From Tubiluchus corallicola (Eukaryota > Animalia > Priapulida), in the NCBI GenBank assembly GCA_030141605.1, contig JAQGDQ010000045.1, forward strand, positions 682,001 to 746,000: a stretch of DNA of 64,000 nt. Reading direction: 5' to 3'. This document shows, piece after piece, positions 60,901-64,000 of this stretch. The position numbers were made by a program, and so were the translations under genes. The notes under the pieces were generated by a model. The model was not told the DNA's origin and searched no databases. It was given only the letters and a program-made list of their open reading frames with translations. How positions within the stretch are numbered: position 1 is the stretch's first letter; each line of letters opens with the position of its first letter.

Positions 60901-63670
60901 ACGTGGCTTTCCGTAAGCGCGCTGTTTAAACTAAATCAGACTTTTGCAATTTAGCTAATATTCCTGCAAAAAATCACAGAATTGGCTATCTAATTTTTTG
61001 TAAAAATTTATTATACTTTTGACGGAAATTGACAGTGCGCTGCCTTTCTTCAGTCGATGAACGACGTCATTAGTGGAGGAAAGCGTTCAAAATGAGAGCG
61101 CGTACGCGTGAAATGATCGCGACTTTAAAGTGATTATACTAACTCACCAGGTGCTATCACAATTTTATTATTAAATCCTTCTACATCCTTCGCGAACATT
61201 GAAATAAATCGAACTTTCCAGGTTTGGCATTTTCTTTGATGATTGCGCACAATTTAGATTCATAAACGTTCGCATGAAAACACTCCATATCGAATTTTGG
61301 CTACCCTCCCAGAGGATATCGAAATCCGGCTCTGCCCACGGGTGAGATAATGATTACAACACACTACTTTGCCCCGTTTTACCTATCGACTTTACCTTTT
61401 GACCGCTCATCCTTGTACTTTTATTTTTGGCTAATTTATGCTTATTTCTTATCTGCTATCTTAGTTACCTTTGACTACTTATTTACCGTTTGCCTTTTTT
61501 TACCTTTTTCTTTTTTTGCATCACCGTTTTCTTCAGTGTTTTTACCCAGTGACTGTTTTACGATTATCTTTTTTCATCTTCTTTACCATTACCTTATTTT
61601 AATTTGACCTTTGTCTTCTTTGCCATTGTGTCTTTTTACTTTATAACAATTGTATTTTACGGTGCCTCTTTTAGTCGTTGAATTTGTTTGCATGTTTCCA
61701 ATAGAACTAAACTGACCACATAATATACTAAAGTTAGGAAACAATAGGTGCCTTCGTAAAAGATAAATATTATGTTTAACTTCACCTCTTTTAATGGTGG
61801 CTGTTATGACAAGCAACAGCATCAATTCATGCCTTCGTTTCTTCCAAGTCATCCACGTTTTTGATAGAAATGACGTCTTATTCCAAGCAAAACGCACAAA
61901 ACTTTTTGCAGCAGGCCAGTATAACAACGATCTTTGACTAAACATAGCTGACGCTGTACGACGTAGGCTTATATAACACATAAATTTACGGAAAAAATAA
62001 ATCAATTTAATTTCACTCCCGGAGCTGATTTAATTTACTGATTCATTACAAAACTTGTATAGAGATTCATTACATAGTTGCTGTTAAATTTGATTTTCTC
62101 CATATGCTTAGCACTAAAAGGTGAAAACAAACTTAGAGTGAGACAGAGCAAATACATAGTGACAGTACTCAGTCCTATTTAAAAAACAGCAACGCAGGTA
62201 AAGAAACCAGCCTTTGAACTTTATGACTTGGCCAACATTTTATCTGTAGATTCAAATCTGAACATCTGAACTAACAGTAACAGCTGAATTTATTTTGTGA
62301 ACACGCATTCTCCAGGCTAGCACTAAATACTAGTATTTTGGCCTTGCATGATAAAAGATGTCGATACATTCACAAATTTTCTATTGGATTTCATAACGGT
62401 TTTTGATACAATCATTATATTAGCACAGGTCGTTTAATTGACTCGTTGCAATTCAATTTTACTGCATTTTGTTAAAGTTCACATTAACTCACAATCGCAG
62501 TTAACAACTGGTATAATCTACATCCACAGACAGCTCAACATCATACCAATTTCTTGTAGCCTTGTAAAAGGACGTACGTGTATAGAGGAGGGTGATAGTT
62601 TGTGTATACACAACAAGTGGCAATTATAGTACCTTACAAATAGTTAAGTACTAATTAAGCTTAAAAAAGTTCAGATATAAAAACACATGCCAACAATTCC
62701 CAACAATAATAAATGACACCCGTCATGTCTCCAATGAACTGCACTTCAAAACGTGGCTTGAAATCAAATTGAGTGAATAAAAAGCAAAACTCGACAAGCC
62801 GCTTCTAACTTACGGTGAATTAAACTTCAACAAGTAATAGTCCACGGAAGCTGCTACAAAAACAAATGTGTATGCAAAATTGTCCATAACGTCATAGATT
62901 ACAAAGCAGTTTATGCCATGTCACGAAATCCATGAAAGATGTTTGTTCTACAGGAAGACATTAAAAAAATGTTTTCTCATTAAAACTAAAAATGACTTAA
63001 ATTACCTCTGATGCAAAGCCCACAGCGAGTACTCATCATATCTAAAGCTTCAATAACCGCACAATACGGGCAATCCAAATATAAAAGGTAAGAAGTGGCA
63101 AGCATTACGTAGATGCGTAGTGTGCAGTTCTCCAAACTAGAAGGGTTCAAACCAAAATTTTAAATTATATTTCGCGAAGTTTTGTCGTCTTTGGCATAGA
63201 AACCAGTCTCTCTCGATCCTTCGCTAAGAAGCCAGTCTCTGTGCAATCTAAAGCACTTCCGTTGTATTTGCGAAGTATGGAAGCAAATCTAGCATTTCCT
63301 TCTTCATCAGACACAAATGGTTGACTTCTTTGACATTTTTTCTTACTTAAAAATCAGAAATCAGACCACGTTTTATAACTGCACCTTCACACAAGCACTG
63401 CTGGCTGCAATTTGTGACACTGAAGGTCTAAAAACAGCAGAAGTTCTCATACGAAGCAGAAAACTTTAAGCTCTTGTTGGTTCATGTGTAATCCCCCAGC
63501 CTCAGAAATAGCGTCAGACCTACGATATGACTTCAAAGTTTCACCAGCGGCAAAGTATTTTGAAAAACTGGGATACGTGATATTAGCATTGAACTGTGTC
63601 CAACCATAGCTTGCCAGTACAAGAAGCCAGCAAGCAACATAAACAAACTCCGCCACGCCACACTATCTAG
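57950..63670 (-). pseudogene. Unassigned exon-like segments (decayed gene or lncRNA)
   Basis: GC-richer blocks bounded by minus-strand splice signals (63136-63006, 62853-62814, about 59950-59662, 58344-58261) with no continuous ORF and no family recognised. Confidence 0.25.
60785..61200 (-). repeat. Dispersed repeat, copy 2 (inverted relative to 15560-15985)
   Basis: Same ordered blocks as copy 1, reverse-complemented. Confidence 0.85.
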
Positions 63671-64000
63671 TCAGGGTCAGTATGTTCAGGAAAAGGTCAA
63701 AACAGACCGTTCAATTTAATTTAATCCTACATAATGTAACTTGGAGGTAATGTACATTAACTAAGTCAATTACAGCAAGCTAATAATGGTTTTATTTATA
63801 ATCTAAGATGCACCACGACAGCTACCGTAACGGGGGGAAAATGTTCTTTATCGACTTACGACAAACATAAGTGTTACGAAGGTCAAGAACTATATTTCGG
63901 TTTCACAAAACTTTTGCAAGAGGATAAAAATGACTCGCTACCTTTAACACGTGATAAGAGAATATATTACCATGTAACGGATGGCGTTTAACTGGTTATG

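Overview
AT-rich animal (bilaterian invertebrate) genomic DNA with spliceosomal introns; no prokaryotic operons or CRISPR. Four protein-coding genes can be built with consistent splice phases. (1) The first six exons of DERA (minus, ATG 9717, running off the left edge; one GC-AG intron). (2) RPL15 (plus, head-to-head with DERA, 204 aa), whose two coding-region introns are 11.8 and 10.3 kb. (3) NSF (minus, 743 aa, whole CDS in one exon). (4) An 11-exon, about 1168-aa minus-strand gene (56853-46123) with an N-terminal membrane anchor, about 800 aa of Ser/acidic low-complexity linker carrying a 14-aa RxRSxS repeat, and a C-terminal OTULIN/FAM105-type OTU domain whose catalytic Cys is Ser. This probable pseudo-deubiquitinase is the best-supported novelty. 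The RPL15 introns hold weaker candidates: a box C/D RNA, a tRNA-like Pol III unit, foldable elements, a promoter-like motif cluster and an antisense 110-aa ORF. The rest is decayed LINEs, MITEs (some nested, with clear TSDs), tandem repeats and unassigned exon-like pieces at 57-64 kb. All homology calls come from recognising motifs by eye; no search or folding program was run.
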